A DNA stretch of 64,000 nucleotides from Porphyridium purpureum. Lineage: Eukaryota. The notes beneath the pieces were generated by a model. That model did not search any database. It saw nothing but the letters and a program-made list of their open reading frames with translations, and was not told the origin of the DNA. This document shows positions 62,185 through 64,000 of this stretch, in pieces. How positions within the stretch are numbered: the stretch's first letter is position 1; each line of letters starts with the position of its first letter. Both the position numbers and the translations under genes were made by a program. The stretch covers positions 186,001 through 250,000 of the forward strand of contig VRMN01000008.1 in the NCBI GenBank assembly GCA_008690995.1. The letters are read 5' to 3'.

Positions 62185-64000
62185 CTAGTCTGTGCGAAAG
62201 TCATGCGGTAGGAACAATAAATTGTTGCCTTCAAGACTGGACTCCTCTTCTTGAAGCCCTGTCTTGAACATGACAAGTTCTTTCCAGATGCGAGAACCAA
62301 GGCGGCGCCACGAGCGCGACTTGCTGGTGCCCGAAATCATCGCATCCTTCGGACGAAGCATGCTTGCAAGCTCTTCGAAGCGTGCTTCACTCTCGCGCAC
62401 AAATATTTGAGCGTCGCGGACCCATTCCTCTAGTTGCTCGACACTGGTTTCGTCAATTTCCAAGTTTCTTGTTGCCGGATTCAAACGAAAGTACTTTTCG
62501 CTTGGCAAAACATCCGACAGCGTATGGTGTACGCTCTCAGTTGATGTGGCTGAACTAATGACAGACTCGAGGATATCGTTCCAACTGACTGATTTCTTCA
62601 CCTCCGCCGGCACTGCCGCTTCTAGCTGGCTCTTAACCTGCCCTCCGTTTCCCAACGACACCAGACACTCAATGGGAACGCCAGGATAGATGTGCTTGAC
62701 CTCGTGAAGCGCGACCGCAGCGGGATTATTAGCCACGATTGCACCATCCGCGTGTAAGTCTCCGTTGACACGCACTTCTGAGAAAAACGTCGGCGCTGCG
62801 CTCGAAGCACGCATGCCTTCCCAAACCATCGCATCCGGTGTCCCTTCGTACCGGCTCTCATGTCCCACAGGGTACGTATAGTTACGAAACAGATGTAGCT
62901 GCTTGGGATTTCGCGACATCACACTGCTCACCACAAAAACCATGTTCGAATCTGAATGGCCCCGAGAGTCCATGAAACGGTATTCGCCTGCCTCGCGTCG
63001 CAGAATTTGTTCAAAGACCTTTGTGTCATAGAAAGCTTTGGTCACCAAGAGCTTCGGCCCATTCACAGGGGTCTTGCTGAAAATCTTCCCGATCAAATCC
63101 CGGTATAGAGCTTCGACCTCCTCCACTGACTTATGCATAATGCCGATGCTCGCTGCAACAATCGCGCCTGTGCTTGTGCCGCAGATGACATCGAAAAGCT
63201 CGTGGATCTCGCGCCCGGTGATCCTTTTGAGATGCTTGAGCATCTCAAACGACATGACTGCTCTTGTGCCTCCTCCGTCAATGCACAAAACACGGATACC
63301 CCGCTGCCCGGGAATACGAGGCCGCCATTCGTTGACACCGAGCGCCGCCAGCACGCGGCGTGCCCCTCGTGCCGCACTCTCTGCGACCACCCCGACCAAA
63401 TCTGAACAACCAGCGTATCCTGTCAGCGTCTTCATCACACTTTGCCGTTCCAAGACCTGGACTCTGAAATCGCGACCCGCGGCTGTATCAAGCAGCGCCA
63501 GGCTGCCGAGCAAATTTAGCGCCGAAACGCGCGCTTCCGTCTCCCACCCCGCGCTGTACACGCTGAAGTAGTTGCTCTCGCTAATTGCGGCTTCAATGCC
63601 GTCCAAAATCGATCCACCATCTGCGTTCAAAATGTCTTGCCTGCAGGTCGGCATGAGCTTTGCAAGTCCCGCGAGCGCAGTAAAAGATGCAGCGACATCC
63701 GATTTCTCCAGGATGCGGGCCCCGGTAACCAGTATGCCAACACCAACCGCATTCACATAGTCCCGAGCGGAGGCCTGGGACCGGACGCGCCCCGCGAGAT
63801 GAATAGCTTTGCGAATGTGAAACAGCTGCGGTTCTGAAAGCTGGGCCGGTGGGCTTTCGGCAGCAAGCGCTTTCTCCTTTGCTCGAAGCGAGGCGATAGC
63901 GGCAGCATCCGCAAACGCATTCCTCCCGCCACTTGCCTTGCCTGAAAGCAACGCCGCCAGGCTGACTAGATCCTGGTCCAGCTCAACACCATTTAGAATG
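62185..64000 (-). CDS. Patatin-like phospholipase (iPLA2-gamma/PNPLA8-like), 5'-truncated by the window edge
   Basis: IDGGG, GTSTG, RASSAAPTFF, DGA; the frame stays open to the right edge. Confidence 0.92.
   Translation of the reverse strand, partial: ILNGVELDQDLVSLAALLSGKASGGRNAFADAAAIASLRAKEKALAAESPPAQLSEPQLFHIRKAIHLAGRVRSQASARDYVNAVGVGILVTGARILEKSDVAASFTALAGLAKLMPTCRQDILNADGGSILDGIEAAISESNYFSVYSAGWETEARVSALNLLGSLALLDTAAGRDFRVQVLERQSVMKTLTGYAGCSDLVGVVAESAARGARRVLAALGVNEWRPRIPGQRGIRVLCIDGGGTRAVMSFEMLKHLKRITGREIHELFDVICGTSTGAIVAASIGIMHKSVEEVEALYRDLIGKIFSKTPVNGPKLLVTKAFYDTKVFEQILRREAGEYRFMDSRGHSDSNMVFVVSSVMSRNPKQLHLFRNYTYPVGHESRYEGTPDAMVWEGMRASSAAPTFFSEVRVNGDLHADGAIVANNPAAVALHEVKHIYPGVPIECLVSLGNGGQVKSQLEAAVPAEVKKSVSWNDILESVISSATSTESVHHTLSDVLPSEKYFRLNPATRNLEIDETSVEQLEEWVRDAQIFVRESEARFEELASMLRPKDAMISGTSKSRSWRRLGSRIWKELVMFKTGLQEEESSLEGNNLLFLPHDFRTD

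Overview
Very gene-dense, intron-poor, GC-rich eukaryotic nuclear DNA. COP1, plastid transit peptides with an early Phe, a B12-dependent methylmalonyl-CoA mutase, a ferlin and a complex I gamma-CA-like subunit suggest a unicellular red alga (Porphyridium-like). That assignment is inference, not a database result. I can support about 30 protein-coding genes, mostly housekeeping: ribosome biogenesis (URB1, DBP10, ROK1, RPA12), splicing and mRNP (DIM1, DNAJC17-like, ALY-like), condensin H, histone H3, COQ6, aminopeptidase N, GT61, UBLCP1, an SDR and a patatin. Strongest non-obvious signals: (1) a ~530-nt nuclear-type RNase P RNA in the apparent gap at 56.5-57.1 kb, with CR-I to CR-V, the P4 pseudoknot, a long P1 and a T5 end; (2) a plastid-targeted ankyrin protein resembling the substrate-binding core of cpSRP43 without chromodomains; (3) clusters of a GTACAG/CTGTAC motif at almost every divergent promoter; (4) an M1AP-like meiotic gene, a zinc-finger-less DFRP1/Tma46, an H3 variant with a remodelled K27-K36 linker, and a ferlin with extra N-terminal membrane segments. 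All homology calls come from remembered motifs; no searches were run.
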